Shown here one piece after another: positions 62,103 to 64,000 of a stretch of 64,000 bases of DNA. The position numbers and the translations under genes are program-made. The notes below the pieces were generated by a model, which saw only the letters and a program-made list of their open reading frames with translations, was not told where the DNA came from and ran no database searches. Each line of letters starts with the position of its first letter. Positions within the stretch are counted from its first letter, which is position 1. The DNA lies in the sequence record MT028491.1, one strand, 5' to 3'.

Positions 62103-62566
62103 TACTTCCCTTTCATAAAGGACTTGATATCCTCTATACGCATATACATTTCTTCAAAATTATCATCGGTAATTTTGACTTCGTTATTACCAAGGAATTC
62201 GATAAAGAAACCAGTTCCCTTGTCACAATAGAATATGACATTGTTTTTATGGCTCAACAAAATCTTACCATAATGTCGATTCAATGCAGTCTTATATGCA
62301 TACATTTCGGCATCTTGTAAAGATAATTTATTCGCTTTTTTATGGTTGCCAACATACCAACAAAGGTACATGATCCAGAAACGGAATAGCTGTTCACAAA
62401 AGAATAGTGTAGCACCGAATAGGAACACTGCAATAATGATATGAAATATATTGGCAAAATCTAAAGCCGATACCATAGATATAGTAAGTATATGCCAAGA
62501 TATAATATCGAATAGCATAAATGACTTTGGAAATTTATTTAGCATCGTCTTTATAATACCCCTCAA
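62102..62566 (-). CDS. 2-TM membrane protein with soluble C-terminal domain
   Basis: N-terminal hydrophobic hairpin. Confidence 0.55.
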   Translation of the reverse strand: MRGIIKTMLNKFPKSFMLFDIISWHILTISMVSALDFANIFHIIIAVFLFGATLFFCEQLFRFWIMYLCWYVGNHKKANKLSLQDAEMYAYKTALNRHYGKILLSHKNNVIFYCDKGTGFFIEFLGNNEVKITDDNFEEMYMRIEDIKSFMKGK

Positions 62567-62972
62567 TGACCTTGTTATAATCTTTTACCAAAGTCATAAT
62601 AATTCTTTTAATATCTAGTATGTTTGGTTCTTTTCCAAGAACGTTCTTCTTAATACTATCTAGAGCATGGACGTTTAAATCAGCTAGTTTTTCATCAAAA
62701 ACAGCGTCTTCAACTTCATTTTGCAGCTTTGTGATTGTATCTTGAAGTATCTCTATTTCTTCGTTTTTCAAATTCAATTCAGAATTCAGAAATTGAATAT
62801 CATTTTGAAGACTGTCGTTTTCTTTTTCAACTTTGCGAAGAATCAACATTTCTTCAAGAGCAATATCCGCAATTTGTTTTTCATTAATCGCCATATCCAG
62901 CGATGTTTCTAAATCTTTTATAATGTCTTGAAGTTTTTCAATTTGTTTTTGATAATCTAATTCTGTCGTCAT
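62535..62972 (-). CDS. coiled-coil protein
   Basis: Long acidic heptad pattern. Confidence 0.55.
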   Translation of the reverse strand: MTTELDYQKQIEKLQDIIKDLETSLDMAINEKQIADIALEEMLILRKVEKENDSLQNDIQFLNSELNLKNEEIEILQDTITKLQNEVEDAVFDEKLADLNVHALDSIKKNVLGKEPNILDIKRIIMTLVKDYNKVIEGYYKDDAK

Positions 62973-63346
62973 AATCCTGCATGTTTAAGATGTAGCTTTA
63001 TCTCTAGCAATACATCCTTTACCGAAGTACCTTTTATCTCGCCACTATGAATTTTTGCAATTCTATCCAAACCCCTTGCCATGATTTTGGATTGGGTTTC
63101 GAAATGGCCATCGTTTTCGTTTAGTCTCTGTATCCTATCTTCCAAATCTTTATTCTCTTGCTTTACGCTTGACAATTCGATTCTTAGAGATTGAATACGC
63201 GCAGCATATTGAGAATTTTGATTGTCTGTTGCATTGACCGAGTCAAGTATGTTTTCAATTTCTGAATAGAAAACATATTCTCCATTTGGAGCTTCAACCA
63301 TTTTCATACGACCAGCAAAACCGCGCTCAATTTTGTATCTTTTCAT
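62969..63346 (-). CDS. coiled-coil hypothetical protein
   Basis: MKRY...M.E.PNGEYV.Y N-terminus followed by heptads. Confidence 0.55.
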   Translation of the reverse strand: MKRYKIERGFAGRMKMVEAPNGEYVFYSEIENILDSVNATDNQNSQYAARIQSLRIELSSVKQENKDLEDRIQRLNENDGHFETQSKIMARGLDRIAKIHSGEIKGTSVKDVLLEIKLHLKHAGL

Positions 63347-63385
63347 TTCACCTGTCCTACTTTCTTTGTGGCTTTGGTGCATTTT

Positions 63386-64000
63386 TCATGCGACATTGAC
63401 CTTATCAATTTCTTCACGCTTTGCGTTGATACGTTCAACGAAATCAAAATCAAGTGTGAAAACTTCCGCAAGATTGTCGATCACGAATTGCTGAAACCAG
63501 CCTTTGCATAGTTCTGTAGTGAATTTTGCAATACCAATTTCATAGATTTCTTGCGTGGTTTTGTTTGGCGTATTATAACGCTCATACGCAATCACCATGC
63601 ATTCTTCTTTGGCCATTCGAACCTGATCATCATGAGAAAGCTTTTCAAAAAGATCACGATCAATCTTAGCCAAATTCATATCATGCTTGCATTTCTCAAA
63701 TAGAGGCACGTCATGATATGCCACAATGCGATGAAGGGCATCATGGTCAAACTCACGCAAATTTTGTGCCGGTTTGAAGAAATGTTCATTTGGCTTGTTC
63801 AAATTGATTTTGGCAATGCGCAGCTTATGACGCTCATATGCTTCTTCGCCGCGCAATTTCTCAACTTCAAGAGCTACATCAGAAGGTTCATAATGATCCT
63901 TGAGAATTAGCCAATCCTTGAGGTTTTTGAGCGCATTTACTGGATATTTGATATGAGACTTTTTCATCGCAATCAAAATGTCCAATGGTGGAACGAATAG
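63386..64000 (-). CDS. conserved phage protein (DUF7275-like), 5' truncated by the window edge
   Basis: K.SH, N...E.FF, FDHD.LH..VAY...PL, EE..V.A.ER, GWF..F.IDN; frame is open to base 64000. Confidence 0.65.
   Translation of the reverse strand, partial: LFVPPLDILIAMKKSHIKYPVNALKNLKDWLILKDHYEPSDVALEVEKLRGEEAYERHKLRIAKINLNKPNEHFFKPAQNLREFDHDALHRIVAYHDVPLFEKCKHDMNLAKIDRDLFEKLSHDDQVRMAKEECMVIAYERYNTPNKTTQEIYEIGIAKFTTELCKGWFQQFVIDNLAEVFTLDFDFVERINAKREEIDKVNVA

Noticed and set aside
1-64000. tRNA genes, CRISPR arrays, group I/II introns, integrase or att sites
   Set aside because: No cloverleaf with a T-loop in intergenic space (TTCGAA hits fall inside CDSs), no regularly spaced repeats, and no interrupted core gene seen by eye; tRNAscan and Infernal would be decisive

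Overview
This window is 64 kb of a lytic T4-like (Tevenvirinae-related) myophage genome; the host is possibly an alphaproteobacterium, a weak inference from the endolysin, transglycosylase and tail-fibre types. Bases 1-5885 (+ strand) are a late structural block: gp4, gp2, a tail-tube/baseplate protein, gp26, a gp51-like frame, a tape-measure-like protein and the large terminase. Everything after it is on the - strand. That part holds T4 core genes (gp32, gp59, gp33, RNase H, PhoH, FmdB), tk, dCMP deaminase, a GH19 endolysin and an orphan tail fibre, among many short hypothetical genes organised by sigma70-type promoters and hairpin terminators. The accessory genes suggest broad counter-defence. 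For NAD and ADP-ribose there are PnuC, a NadR-like protein, NAMPT, NadM-Nudix, a DarG-like macrodomain and NADAR. For RNA repair and translation rescue there are a split PNKP, Rnl1, a cyclic-phosphate receiver, a phosphoesterase, an RlaP-like NTase, a TROVE/vWA protein and an ArfA-like factor. The most unusual signals are five: (1) an ArfA-like ribosome-rescue gene with a terminator-like hairpin inside its ORF; (2) a covarying tandem-hairpin leader in front of both NAMPT and NadM-Nudix; (3) a probable -1 frameshift joining gp26 to gp51 just before the tape measure; (4) a promoter-bearing hairpin-rich + strand ncRNA candidate at about 48.3 kb; (5) a four-member YDSW paralog family. I saw no tRNA, rRNA, CRISPR array or integrase. 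All family assignments come from recognising motifs by eye; no database search was run.
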